Source of the DNA: Chloroflexi bacterium RBG_16_56_11
GTDB taxonomy: Bacteria > Chloroflexota > Dehalococcoidia > Dehalococcoidales > RBG-16-60-22
DNA: 50,255 nt
Assembly: GCA_001796865.1 (NCBI GenBank)
Contig: MGNQ01000019.1
Location: 4,472-54,726 of the forward strand
Direction of reading: 5' to 3'
In this document: positions 1-9,133 of the stretch, piece after piece
Numbering within the stretch: the first letter of the stretch is position 1
Layout of the letters: every line of letters begins with the position of its first letter
Position numbers and translations under genes: made by a program
The notes under the pieces: generated by a model
Told to the model about the DNA's origin: nothing
What the model saw: only the letters and a program-made list of their open reading frames with translations
Database searches by the model: none

Positions 1-2856
1 CGAAAATGGTCACACGTCGGCAAGGTCAAGGACGATATCGTCGGCATCGCCATACCTCCCGGGGACACCGGGCCGTTATACTATGCCACGGTGTCTTCGG
101 TCTTCCGCTCCAGCGATGGCGGAATAACTTTCGCGCGGTTGCCTCCCGTCCCGGGCATCGACGCAACAGCCAACGTTGAAATAACTGCGCTGGCCGCCGC
201 CCCCTCCGCCGGCTCCATCGTCGCAGTCGGCACCAGAGACACCGACTCCCGGGAACATGGCGGTGTTTACATCCGGGAAGCCACCGCGGGCCCAGGGGGG
301 ATTGACACCGAGGCAGGCAGGCACGACGTTGACGCGTTGGCGTTTTCTCCCGATTACGCCCGGGACCTGCAGCTTCTCGCGGTGATGAGGGACGAGACCG
401 ACACCCGCGTTTCAACAAGGGTCGGCGATACCGCCTGGGGAGCCATCAACGGGAGCGTAACGCTGGCCAGGAATGACACGGGGGGAGAGACCCCGGTGGA
501 GATATCCATCGCGGCATCGGTGACGTTCCCCGCTAATTACAACGCAGCCGGACTTACGGGCAGCGGAGTCGTCTTCGTCGGCATCGATACGGGCGCGGGA
601 AACGGAGACGTCTATAAAATCAGGACAGTCGCCCCGGGTATTTTGATGGCGACCGACCTCAACATCGGCCGCGAGCAAGGATACAGCGGCGTCGACATCT
701 CGGGACTGGCCGTTTCGGGAAACAGCCCGGCCACAGTCCTGGCCGGCGTCAACGGCAGCACCGCGACCTATACCAGCCACGACGGGGGCGACACCTGGAC
801 CAGGAGCCGGAAAGGTCTCATCGGAAGTTCCGTTACCAGCGTGCTCCTGGATCGTAATTATGCCGGCTCCCGGGAAATGTATGCCGCCAGCAGTGGCGAA
901 GGTAGCGCCTTTTCCGTCAGCCGGGACTCCGGTGCAACGTGGAACCAGCTCAGCCTGGTTGATATCGCCATAGATAGCATCATCGACCTGGCACCGTCGC
1001 CGGCTTACACTCGCGACAACACCCTCTTCATGCTAACTTACGGCTCCGGCCATAGCCTCTGGCGCAGTCAAAACAGCGGCGAATCGTGGGAAAGGAACTT
1101 CTACGCTGATCCGTCCGGAGGGGATAGACTGAACCTGGTGAGTCTCCCCGGGGCATACGGCGATACCTGCCGGACGGTCTTCCTGGCCGGGGAAAGCGGC
1201 GGATACCCGGCCTTATTCGAGTCTACGGATAACGGCCAGGAGTTCCAGCAGCGGTTTACCAGGGACCCCGTCTCCGGCACGCGTTTTCGCATCGATGCCT
1301 GGGCTATCGCCGGGCCATCTGAAATTTTCGTCGCCAGCTACGACGGCAGCCGGGGAAAGGTGTATCGGACACACAACAGCGGTTTTTTCTATTCCGAAGG
1401 GGCCGAGGCAGGCGGCCAGGCGCTCAGCTCCTTGTCCCTGTCTCCATTTTACGAGCGGGACCGGACACTGGTGGCCGGAAGCGGGAACGGTGGAGTGTAT
1501 TTTTCCGATGACGGCGGCGCCTCGTTCCGGCCTCTCCCCACGGATAATGCACCTCCCCTCAGCGGGTCTGTCACCGTCGCCTTCGACCCGCTTTTTGAAG
1601 ACAATCACATGGTTTACGCGGCCAGCGATACCGGCGGCATGTACCGCTGCCGCGTCGGCAGCAGCACCCGGTGGGAAAACATCGGCGCCACGCTACCTGC
1701 CGGACCTTTTATTAACCGCCCCGCCGCCAGCCAGGACAGGGTGCTCTACGCCGCCGACTCCGCCACCGGTGGTGGAGTGCAAAGGTGCCTCAATCCAGCC
1801 TCCTCCAGCCCGGCATTTGAAAAAATTTCCGCCGGTCTCGACGAAGGCGCCGTGCTGACCGGGGTATGGCTGTCCGGCCCGCGAGTATGGTCTATCGATA
1901 CCGCGAACAAAAGGGTAATGACCTTCCTGGATACACTGACGGCGCCGGTCTCCCCGGCCACTCCTGAGGAAGGAGCCTCCGGAATCGGTAGCCTGGCCAG
2001 CCACGCCGTAAGGAACGTGACTCTTGACTGGGCCGGGACAGAGGGCGCCACTGGCTACCAGTGGCAGTGCAGTCCTGACGCCAGTTTCCCGGCGACCCCG
2101 GCCGGGTTCGAGGGCAGCGCGACGGCCACCTCGGTACGACTGCCCGCCCTGGAGCCTGGCATCGCGTACTACTGGCGTGTCCGGGCCAGCAGCCCGTGGC
2201 TCGGTCCCTGGTCGGAAAAAAGATCGTTCACCACCTGCCTGGATACCGAGCCCGTCAACCTGCATCCGCAGAGTCCGGCCCCGGGGGCCAGCGGCGTACC
2301 GGTGAGGCCGGTCTTCCAGTGGACAGCCATCATCGGAGCGCAGGCCTACGAGCTCGTGGTGTCTCCAGACAACGCCTTCGAGTCACCAGCCATCACCCGG
2401 ACAGGCGAGTACGCCCTCCCCTCCAATATCTGGCAGAGCGATGTCATACTCGAAAAAGGCAATACTTACTACTGGAAGGTCCGGGCAGTAAGCTCCGGCA
2501 CGAGGAGCACCTGGAGCGCTGCGGGGCTTTTCACCACCGAACCGGCCGTAGTACAGGTGAGCGGGCCTGCGCAAGAAACAGCGTCCCCCACACCATCGCT
2601 ACTGGCGGAGCCCTCTCCTCCCCCGCCAGCCCCTTCGCTGACCTTGACGCCGCTGCCGACGACGCCTGCGCCCCTGCAGGTGGTCATTATCCCTCCCTCG
2701 CCGCCCCAAACGACGGCGCTGCTGATGCCAGACCTCGGCGCGGCACCGGACATGCCGGGCTGGATTATTTACCTGGTCGGTGGATTGCTCCTGGTCGTTA
2801 TCCTGGCGTTGACCGTCCTCCTGGCGATTATCCTGAAAATCCGGCACGTGATGTGA
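1..2856 (+). CDS. Cell-surface BNR/Asp-box repeat beta-propeller protein with two Fn3-like modules, a Pro-rich stalk and a C-terminal TM anchor; 5' end cut by the window edge
   Basis: Frame 1 is open from nt 1, with no stop before the GTG at 91 used by the ORF track. Repeated S-x-D-x-G-x-T/S-W/F motifs are present (SSDGGITF, SHDGGDTWT, SRDSGATWN, SQNSGESWE, STDNGQEF, SDDGGASF). Two ~90-aa modules end in YYWRVRA and YYWKVRA. A PSPPPPAPSLTLTPLPTTPAP linker is followed by the terminal hydrophobic helix WIIYLVGGLLLVVILALTVLLAIIL. Confidence 0.8.
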   Translation, partial: RKWSHVGKVKDDIVGIAIPPGDTGPLYYATVSSVFRSSDGGITFARLPPVPGIDATANVEITALAAAPSAGSIVAVGTRDTDSREHGGVYIREATAGPGGIDTEAGRHDVDALAFSPDYARDLQLLAVMRDETDTRVSTRVGDTAWGAINGSVTLARNDTGGETPVEISIAASVTFPANYNAAGLTGSGVVFVGIDTGAGNGDVYKIRTVAPGILMATDLNIGREQGYSGVDISGLAVSGNSPATVLAGVNGSTATYTSHDGGDTWTRSRKGLIGSSVTSVLLDRNYAGSREMYAASSGEGSAFSVSRDSGATWNQLSLVDIAIDSIIDLAPSPAYTRDNTLFMLTYGSGHSLWRSQNSGESWERNFYADPSGGDRLNLVSLPGAYGDTCRTVFLAGESGGYPALFESTDNGQEFQQRFTRDPVSGTRFRIDAWAIAGPSEIFVASYDGSRGKVYRTHNSGFFYSEGAEAGGQALSSLSLSPFYERDRTLVAGSGNGGVYFSDDGGASFRPLPTDNAPPLSGSVTVAFDPLFEDNHMVYAASDTGGMYRCRVGSSTRWENIGATLPAGPFINRPAASQDRVLYAADSATGGGVQRCLNPASSSPAFEKISAGLDEGAVLTGVWLSGPRVWSIDTANKRVMTFLDTLTAPVSPATPEEGASGIGSLASHAVRNVTLDWAGTEGATGYQWQCSPDASFPATPAGFEGSATATSVRLPALEPGIAYYWRVRASSPWLGPWSEKRSFTTCLDTEPVNLHPQSPAPGASGVPVRPVFQWTAIIGAQAYELVVSPDNAFESPAITRTGEYALPSNIWQSDVILEKGNTYYWKVRAVSSGTRSTWSAAGLFTTEPAVVQVSGPAQETASPTPSLLAEPSPPPPAPSLTLTPLPTTPAPLQVVIIPPSPPQTTALLMPDLGAAPDMPGWIIYLVGGLLLVVILALTVLLAIILKIRHVM

Positions 2857-2963
2857 TACCCTATGAAAACAGCGACCTCCCCTCCGCTCGATATTCCGGC
2901 GCGGAAAAGGAGGTCAATTCACTTCTGAAATTTTTATCAACGGTCCAATCATCAACGCTAAGG

Positions 2964-3194
2964 CTATTTTGATACCAGCCTTTCGACGGTTGTCCTGATG
3001 ATGTAGGTAAAATAGGCCGACCAGGCAATCGAGATTACCGCTGCGCCGATGATGAAGATAACAATCGCCGCTTTGAGCAGGTCCACCCACGGCCCGTCCG
3101 GGACAAGCCCGGTCAACCACATCGCGGAGTAGACGGACAGGACGGTCAGCAGAGCGGTCACCGCCAGGGGGACGATTACGCGAAGTGACTTCAT
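2964..3194 (-). CDS. Small membrane protein (two hydrophobic helices), function unknown
   Basis: The internal ATG at 3194 is preceded by AAAGGAGGTG. The product starts MKSLRVIVPLAVTALLTVLSVY and has a second helix, AAIVIFIIGAAVISIAWSAYF. The longer ORF-track start at 3275 has no RBS. Confidence 0.5.
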   Translation of the reverse strand: MKSLRVIVPLAVTALLTVLSVYSAMWLTGLVPDGPWVDLLKAAIVIFIIGAAVISIAWSAYFTYIIRTTVERLVSK

Positions 3195-3291
3195 TTCCTT
3201 CTCACCTCCTTTCACCGGCTGGCCCCAGCCGTGATTTTCGCCGGGCGTTCTGAGCCAATCCGGGGTACTACCCAACCAGTCCGGGTTGGGG

Positions 3292-3459
3292 TTAATTCAT
3301 GGTCTTCGCGGCGAGGGCTTCTCGCTTTTCCCGGGCCCTGGCCCGGCGGACGGCTTGGACGATACCGCCGATATTGAGGTACCAGACGAAGGCCGTGGGG
3401 AAAAGAATCACTGGGATGGCGACCGCCAGGGCGACGATTAAGGTTGCGTTCATGGTCAT
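3292..3459 (-). CDS. Small single-pass membrane protein with a basic C-terminal tail, function unknown
   Basis: The ATG at 3459 is preceded by GGAGG (gaacaggaggccATG). The product is MTMNATLIVALAVAIPVILFPTAFVWYLNIGG followed by RRARAREKRE. Confidence 0.45.
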   Translation of the reverse strand: MTMNATLIVALAVAIPVILFPTAFVWYLNIGGIVQAVRRARAREKREALAAKTMN

Positions 3460-3659
3460 GGCCTCCTGTTCTTTTGTTCTCAATAACATTGTAGGCTCCA
3501 CGGCCCGGATACGGCTTCCGCCTTGAAGCCTATTCGGAGATTCCGATAACACCTAAAACCAGCTGGTCGTTTTATGAATTTATACTTACCGGGCGCGGTG
3601 ATGTCTAGGCAAATACACCTAGAAGCGGGAACGCCTTTTAGTCATTCCTGGTTGGAGAA

Positions 3660-3790
3660 AACCCTTATCCGCTCGCACCCTTCGACAAGCTCACTTCGTG
3701 GTGACTCAGTGGAACCAGGGCGAGCGGAGATTATACACCGCTCATGGTGAGACCTCGGCGTGAGCTCGGTCGAACGCCTGTCGAACCATC
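3660..3790. repeat. Composite intergenic palindromic repeat (the 'cccttcgacaagctca' module plus the 'catggtgagacctcggcgtgagctcggtcgaacgcctgtcgaaccat' module)
   Basis: A 9-bp inverted repeat, tccgctcgc (3668-3676) / gcgagcgga (3720-3728), is present. The 52-nt block 3738-3789 recurs at 23240-23291 with one mismatch. The ccttcgacaRgctca module recurs at 5051-5086. Confidence 0.8.
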
Positions 3791-3889
3791 GCGGCAACCA
3801 AGATTGAGTGGAACCCGGGTGCGGGATTTCTTGACAGAGCCCTACGGCTGGTATATTCTGGATGAAAACAAACCTGCGGAGGTAATGAA

Positions 3890-4219
3890 ATGGCCGATAC
3901 TTCAACCGGGCTCAAAGAAAACGTCGCCGGGGTGCTATGCTATGTTGGCTGGTGGATAAGCGGCATCGTCTTCCTGATACTGGAACCCAATAACAAATTC
4001 GTCAGGTTCCACGCCTTTCAGTCGATTGTGGTGTTCGTCACAATCACGGTCGCCCTGGGAATATTCGGCTGGGTGCCAACCTGGGCGGGAAATTTCCTCA
4101 GGGCCATTATCTGGGGCATCGGTTTTATCCTCTGGGTAGTCCTGATGGTCCTGGCATCGCAGGACAAGAAATACAAGCTGCCCGTGGCCGGCGACCTCGC
4201 CGAAAAGTGGGCGGGATAG
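3890..4219 (+). CDS. DUF4870-like small integral membrane protein
   Basis: ATG preceded by GGAGGT. Three hydrophobic segments and the motif VLCYVGWWISGIVFLILEPNNKFVRFHAFQS are typical of that family (recognised from memory). Confidence 0.6.
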   Translation: MADTSTGLKENVAGVLCYVGWWISGIVFLILEPNNKFVRFHAFQSIVVFVTITVALGIFGWVPTWAGNFLRAIIWGIGFILWVVLMVLASQDKKYKLPVAGDLAEKWAG

Positions 4220-4271
4220 ACCAACGGCCAACCACGGACTTTCATTTTTCAACAAGGGAAGGAGAATACCA

Positions 4272-4460
4272 ATGCCGTTCGTGACGATAAGGATGATCGA
4301 GGGGAGGACCCGGGAGCAGAAACGGGGCATGGTCAAGGACGTGACCGAAGCCATCGTCAAGAACCTCGGTTGCCCGACGCAGGCGGTGAGTATCGACATC
4401 ATCGAGTACACGCAGGAAAATCTCGCCCAGGCCGGGAAGCTTTTCTGCGACGGGCGTTGA
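4272..4460 (+). CDS. 4-oxalocrotonate tautomerase family enzyme
   Basis: A 62-aa product beginning MPFVTIRMIEGRT, with the catalytic Pro1 after Met removal. RBS GGAAGGAGA. Confidence 0.85.
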   Translation: MPFVTIRMIEGRTREQKRGMVKDVTEAIVKNLGCPTQAVSIDIIEYTQENLAQAGKLFCDGR

Positions 4461-4471
4461 GGGAGGCTTTT

Positions 4472-5035
4472 TTGAAAGTCCTGGGCATCATGGGCAGCCC
4501 GCGGCTCAAGGGCAACACCGACCTTCTCCTCGACGAGGCCCTAAAGGGGGCGGCGAGCCGGGGGGCGGAAGTCGAGAAGGTCATCGTGGACAGGCTGGGC
4601 ATCGCCCCGTGCAAGGAATATTACGCCTGCCTGAAGGACGGCAACTGCATCATCCGGGACGACATGGATGACCTTTACAGGAAGATTCTCGAAGCCGACG
4701 CCATCATCGTCGCCACGCCGATATTTTTCTACACGGTCAGCGCCCAGCTCCTGCTGGTCATCAGCCGCTGCCAGGCGCTCTGGGCGCGTCGCTATGTCCT
4801 GAAGAACCTGAAGACACCATTGAAAAGAGGGGCTTTCATCGCCGTGGGGGCGACCCGGGGAGCGAAGCTTTTCGATGGCCCCAGGCTCACAGCGAAATAT
4901 TTTTTCCAGGCCATCAACACTGAGTATACCGCGGAGCTATTGATAAGAGGCGTCGATAAGAAGGGTGAAATCAAGCAAAACCCTACTGCCCTGGCCGACG
5001 CTTATGAGCTGGGGAAAAAGCTGGCCGGCCCCTAG
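4472..5035 (+). CDS. Flavodoxin-fold NAD(P)H-dependent FMN reductase / iron-sulfur flavoprotein-like protein
   Basis: TTG start at 4472 with GAGGGAGG upstream. The product LKVLGIMGSPRLKGNT...ADAIIVATPIFFYTVSAQ is typical of the FMN_red/flavodoxin_2 family. The upstream part of ORF 4370.. overlaps the tautomerase and is rejected. Confidence 0.7.
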   Translation: MKVLGIMGSPRLKGNTDLLLDEALKGAASRGAEVEKVIVDRLGIAPCKEYYACLKDGNCIIRDDMDDLYRKILEADAIIVATPIFFYTVSAQLLLVISRCQALWARRYVLKNLKTPLKRGAFIAVGATRGAKLFDGPRLTAKYFFQAINTEYTAELLIRGVDKKGEIKQNPTALADAYELGKKLAGP

Positions 5036-5050
5036 GCTACGGCAAAAACC

Positions 5051-5086
5051 ACGCTCACCCTTCGACAGGCTCAGGGGAGCGGAGAC
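5051..5086. repeat. Solo copy of the 'gctcacccttcgacaggctca' repeat module
   Basis: acgctcacccttcgacaggctcaggggagcggagac resembles 3671-3728. Confidence 0.6.
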
Positions 5087-5806
5087 TTAGCCTTCCCGTT
5101 TCTCTCCCCGGATGCTGATGGTGACATCCCGGAAAGGGACGGCATTCGCGCTGGCAAGAATCGCTTGCCTGGCCAGGTGTACCAGGCCCGAGCAACAGGG
5201 CACCTCCATGTGCAAAACCGTCAGGCTCCGGAGGCCGGACTCTTTCAATACCTCATTTAGCCTTTGTTGGTGGACCGGGAAATCGTCAAGTTTGGGACAG
5301 GCCACCAGGAGGGCGCGGTTTTCCCCGAGGAACTCCCGGTGGAAATCACCATAAGCGTAAGCTACGCAGTCCGCCGCCAGCACCAGGTCCGCGCCTTTCA
5401 GGAACGGGGCGTCCGGAGGGACAAGGGCTAACTGCACCGGCCAATGTCCCAGTACCGACTTCAGGACAGGACGGGCTGTCTCCGCCGCCGGAGCCTCAGT
5501 CTCCATTTGTATAATCCCGGCGGAAGGACATCCCGGCGCCGGAAAGCTCTCTTCTTCCCGCGACTGCAAATGGAGCTCCACAGCCGCTTCGTCGAACTCC
5601 TCCGCCTCGCGCTCCCGGATGGTTATCGCACCTTCCGGGCAGTCCAGGCAATTGCCCAGGCCGTCGCAATACCTCTCACTGACGAGCTTCGCCTTGCCAT
5701 CGATAATTTTAAGGGCACCTTCGGCGCAGGAGATGATACAGGCGCCGCAGCCGGTACACTTTTCTTCATCGATGTATACGATATTTCTTCTCGTACGGGT
5801 TACCAT
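5087..5806 (-). CDS. 4Fe-4S dicluster domain protein with a conserved C-terminal Cys-containing domain
   Basis: Start taken at MVTRTRRNIVYIDEEKC (ATG 5806), 20 nt after the upstream gene's stop. Motifs CTGCGACIISC and CDGLGNCLDCP are present. C-terminal segment ...HMEVPCCSGL.... Confidence 0.7.
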   Translation of the reverse strand: MVTRTRRNIVYIDEEKCTGCGACIISCAEGALKIIDGKAKLVSERYCDGLGNCLDCPEGAITIREREAEEFDEAAVELHLQSREEESFPAPGCPSAGIIQMETEAPAAETARPVLKSVLGHWPVQLALVPPDAPFLKGADLVLAADCVAYAYGDFHREFLGENRALLVACPKLDDFPVHQQRLNEVLKESGLRSLTVLHMEVPCCSGLVHLARQAILASANAVPFRDVTISIRGEKREG

Positions 5807-5825
5807 TCTTCCCCAATCGAATGAA

Positions 5826-6056
5826 CTAGTTTTCACCCTTGATGGCCTTCCACCGCTCCTCACCCAGGCATTGCCTCGCCGAGGCGCACCACTCGATGCA
5901 GGAAGGGGTCTGCTCTTTATACACGTATTCGCCACACTTACGGCACTTAATCCTCAGCTCGTCGGAAAACATCTCTACCTCCGCCCCGCAGTTCTGGCAC
6001 TTGAACATGGCCGCCCTCAGGTTCCGGATGTCCTGGCCGGGACACTTCGTGCTCAT
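5826..6056 (-). CDS. Small Cys-rich zinc-ribbon protein
   Basis: CQNCG...CRKCG ribbon plus the CIEWC..C tail. It sits immediately upstream of, and co-oriented with, the 4Fe-4S protein. Confidence 0.6.
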   Translation of the reverse strand: MSTKCPGQDIRNLRAAMFKCQNCGAEVEMFSDELRIKCRKCGEYVYKEQTPSCIEWCASARQCLGEERWKAIKGEN

Positions 6057-6224
6057 AATGACACCTCCCCGGACTATATTACTTTCAAGCTAGATATTAC
6101 ACAACAATCAGCTTGTCTCACTACGACTTTAGTCTCAAACAGGCTGGTTTGTTTTGTAACAAATCGATATGCGTTTTTTGACTATCTGGAAAATAATGAT
6201 TGTCCTTTGCCACAGAGAAAACCG

Positions 6225-7340
6225 CTATTCGTAGAGCTTACGTAAAACCGGGCGCAATGAAGCGTCCTCAAGCATATCGTTATTATCCGTGAATATGTCG
6301 ATACTACCAATCGGGCTGCATTTCGATAGCGGCGTGATTTGCGGTTCCTGTATCTGCTTCACGATGGCCGCGGTGAATCTTTCTCCCCGGATTACCCTGA
6401 AAGGACGCTCCCAGAACAGCGATACTTCCGGAGAAATCGGCCCGGTAATTTTAAGATTGTTGTGCATTTCGGCCAGGATTTCATAGGCCGCGCAGAGATG
6501 TGATTCGCGTTCTTGCCAGGAAGCGGCATGCAGCGCATCCGATAAAACCGGCCCCAGTTTGGTGGCGGATTTCAGCCGGGAAAAAGCCGTTCCCAGCCAC
6601 TTGGGATAAGGGGGATATTCCCTCTCCATCAACATTGCTAGCCGCATGATGTCCCGAACAAGGCGCGCGGCTATCAAAGCCGAGCCGTTTTCGTCGCCGG
6701 CCAATCCGGCCCGCCCCATCAGGTGCTCGTCCTGCCCTATCCTGGCCCACAACGAGGCGAGAATATAGAGCCAGACGTCATGCGGGTACCACAAAAATCG
6801 TTTTCTTATCTCTTCCAGACCGAGCCCGTCACGGAACACTTTACCCGCGGTGACGGCACGGAGCTTTTGCTGAGGCAGCGTCAGCCAGTCGATAGGCTCC
6901 AGGTTCACGTTTATATCAATATTCAAGTAGTCGGTGAAAAAACCGCCGAGCGTGTAAGTCTCCACCCGGTGGTTCACCGGGCCGGAAGAGATGGAATGCA
7001 GGGTTTGTGAGCCGTTGTCCTCCGGATTCGGCTCCGAGAAATTCGTCGGGTAGCCCCGGTAGGTAAGAGGAAGCTCCCGACTCAAGAAAGTGCGAATCGC
7101 GTCTCTTTTTAACTCATACTCCTCGGGGGTCAGGAACAGAATAACTCTCGGTCCCCAGTTATGGTCGGTAGACATTTCCGTATCGAACTGAAGCACTTCC
7201 GAACCGTGACCGATGAGGGCGGCGGAATACCGTAAAGCCGGAAAACGGGCCGCCAGGATTGGACCGACTATCTCCCGGTAAAACCCCTCGGCCAGCGCCA
7301 GTCCCGGAATAAACGATGGTCGCGCTTTCTTGTCTGGCAT
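6225..7340 (-). CDS. DUF4037-like (nucleotidyltransferase-associated) domain protein
   Basis: A 371-aa ORF without competing frames. The N-terminal GHGSEVLQFDTEMSTDHNWGPRV motif is recalled from the DUF4037 family. The product name is tentative. Confidence 0.55.
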   Translation of the reverse strand: MPDKKARPSFIPGLALAEGFYREIVGPILAARFPALRYSAALIGHGSEVLQFDTEMSTDHNWGPRVILFLTPEEYELKRDAIRTFLSRELPLTYRGYPTNFSEPNPEDNGSQTLHSISSGPVNHRVETYTLGGFFTDYLNIDINVNLEPIDWLTLPQQKLRAVTAGKVFRDGLGLEEIRKRFLWYPHDVWLYILASLWARIGQDEHLMGRAGLAGDENGSALIAARLVRDIMRLAMLMEREYPPYPKWLGTAFSRLKSATKLGPVLSDALHAASWQERESHLCAAYEILAEMHNNLKITGPISPEVSLFWERPFRVIRGERFTAAIVKQIQEPQITPLSKCSPIGSIDIFTDNNDMLEDASLRPVLRKLYE

Positions 7341-7490
7341 TTCCGCTCTTTTTTGTTATTATAAATAATGGTGAACAACGTCATAATTATAACACATGAG
7401 GTCGTTTGACTTATTCCAAAGCAACGTGCTATACATTTATTGCGCCCGGTGCATTGGCTCGGCCGGGCAAACAGGGCAAGGAGAAGACTT

Positions 7491-8882
7491 ATGAATAGCA
7501 GCGCCGGGACAACCGCCATCGAAAAAATGTCTGAAAATATCGTGTCGACGCACTTCGAAACCTTCGACAGGTCGACCGTGGAGAGCACCAAGCTGCGCAT
7601 CATCGATACGCTCGGGTGCCTGATAGGCGGTTCCGGAGATACCGGCAACCCGGAGCTCGTCGGCCTCATCAAGGAGACCGCCGGCCGCCGGGATGCTACC
7701 ATCCTCGTCCACGGGGGCAAGGTGCCGGTAGCGAACGCCGCCCTGGTCAACAGCGTCATGGCACGCTCCTTCGACTTCGAGCCGGTGAGTCCTCTGGTGG
7801 ACGGCGTGAGCTGTCCGGGGCATATCAGCGGTACGACGGTGCCAACGGCGCTCAGCCTGGCCGAGGCTACTAATGCCAGTGGCCGCGACATGATTGCGGC
7901 CCTGCTGGCCGGTGATGACATCGCCTCACGCCTGCTGGCGGCTTCCGGCTTCGGTTTCACCCTGGGCTGGGACGGCACCGGCACGGTTAACGCCTTCGGG
8001 GCGGCGGCCATCGCCGGCAGGCTGCTCGGCCTGGACAAGGCCCAGATGAGGAACGCCATGGGCATCGTCCTCAACCAGGTTGGCAGCACCTTCCAGATAA
8101 TCTGGGACGGTACGACCGCCTTCAAGCTGCCCCAGGGACTTTCCGCCCGGGCGGGGGTCTTTGCCGGGCAGCTGGCGAAGGCGGGCTGGACAGGCCCGGA
8201 AGACGCCCTGATGAGCAAGTTCGGGTACTATAAAATGTTCACCGAGGGATGCCAGAAACCGGAAGCCCTTACCAGGGACCTGGGAAAAATCTATTGCGCC
8301 GACGGCACGATCAAGCCTTATCCCTGCTGCCGTATCCCCCACGCCGCCATCGACTGCGCACTGGCACTGGTAAGCAGGCATAGCGTCAGGGCTGACAATA
8401 TCCGGTCCGTCAACCTGGACCTGGCGCAGGGTGGCATCGACCACATCTGCGGACACCCCTTCAAAATCGGGGCTTTCCCGCACGGCAACGCCGCCTTCAG
8501 CTATCAATACGTAGTGGCGACGGCACTATTGAACGGGAGTGTCAAACCGGAGCACTTCACCGAGAAGGCTATACGCGATCCCCGTATCGCCAGATTCGTC
8601 GGTAAAATCAAGCTCACGCCCGCCGCGGACGTTAAGTTCGAGGCCGCGCGGATGACGGTAACCCTGAGAGACGGACGACAGCTTACGGAGTCGTGCGAGG
8701 TGGCTAAAGGCGACCCCCGTTATAATCCGATGTCCCGCGATGACATCCTGGCCAAGTTCTGGACCAACGTCGAATTCTCCGGTAAGATTTCCCGCCCCAA
8801 GGCAACGAGACTTCTGGAACGGCTGGAAAAGCTGGAGGAGCTGGACAGCGTCAGGAAGCTGGTTCCGCTGCTGGTTGCCTGA
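7491..8882 (+). CDS. MmgE/PrpD family (2-methylcitrate dehydratase-like) protein
   Basis: ATG at 7491 after AAGGAGAA. N-terminus: IVSTHFETFDRSTVESTKLRIIDTLGCLIGG. The ~460-aa length is typical of PrpD-fold proteins. Confidence 0.85.
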   Translation: MNSSAGTTAIEKMSENIVSTHFETFDRSTVESTKLRIIDTLGCLIGGSGDTGNPELVGLIKETAGRRDATILVHGGKVPVANAALVNSVMARSFDFEPVSPLVDGVSCPGHISGTTVPTALSLAEATNASGRDMIAALLAGDDIASRLLAASGFGFTLGWDGTGTVNAFGAAAIAGRLLGLDKAQMRNAMGIVLNQVGSTFQIIWDGTTAFKLPQGLSARAGVFAGQLAKAGWTGPEDALMSKFGYYKMFTEGCQKPEALTRDLGKIYCADGTIKPYPCCRIPHAAIDCALALVSRHSVRADNIRSVNLDLAQGGIDHICGHPFKIGAFPHGNAAFSYQYVVATALLNGSVKPEHFTEKAIRDPRIARFVGKIKLTPAADVKFEAARMTVTLRDGRQLTESCEVAKGDPRYNPMSRDDILAKFWTNVEFSGKISRPKATRLLERLEKLEELDSVRKLVPLLVA

Positions 8883-8970
8883 GCGGTTTTTTCAACCGTC
8901 CTAATACCGAATCGACCTAATATACCTCAAACTTTCCGGGCTGGTTTCCTGAAGGACTCAGGAATGCGCG

Positions 8971-9046
8971 GTCATTGCGAGGGCAAGCCCGAAGCAATCC
9001 GTTTTTTTCCGGGTTGGCAGATTGCTTCGCTTTGCTCGCAATGACA
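8971..9046. repeat. Palindromic intergenic repeat, family 'gtcattgcgag..cgaagcaatc..ctcgcaatgac' (copy 1)
   Basis: gtcattgcgagggcaagcccgaagcaatcc ... gattgcttcgctttgctcgcaatgac; the two arms are reverse complements. Confidence 0.85.
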
Positions 9047-9133
9047 AGTCATACCCTTATTTGACAGTCCCCGCTTCACGGAATTAAGATAGTTGTGGCA
9101 AAAGAAGTAGACTATCAAGCAGGAGGTATACCG

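Noticed and set aside
3738-3789. tRNA-like T-arm (tcgaacc) within the repeat blocks at 3738-3789 and 23240-23291
   Set aside because: No acceptor, D or anticodon arms can be drawn, and the sequence is part of a dispersed repeat. I found no tRNA, rRNA, tmRNA or RNase P-like sequence in any intergenic region.
4370-4471. Longer start for the flavodoxin-like gene that overlaps the tautomerase
   Set aside because: The extension is out of frame across the tautomerase 3' end and is Arg-rich. The TTG at 4472 with a GAGGGAGG RBS gives the canonical (M)KVLGI.GSPR N-terminus.
7268-8218. Long antisense ORF (316 aa) opposite the MmgE/PrpD gene. Similar cases are 11817..12815, 22038..23045, 24196..25206, 29580..30368, 37877..39154, 27171..27986 and 35418..36338.
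   Set aside because: These are shadow ORFs typical of GC-rich DNA. Their products are Arg/Pro/Gly/Ala-rich and low-complexity, they have no RBS, and each fully overlaps a gene with clear family motifs on the other strand.
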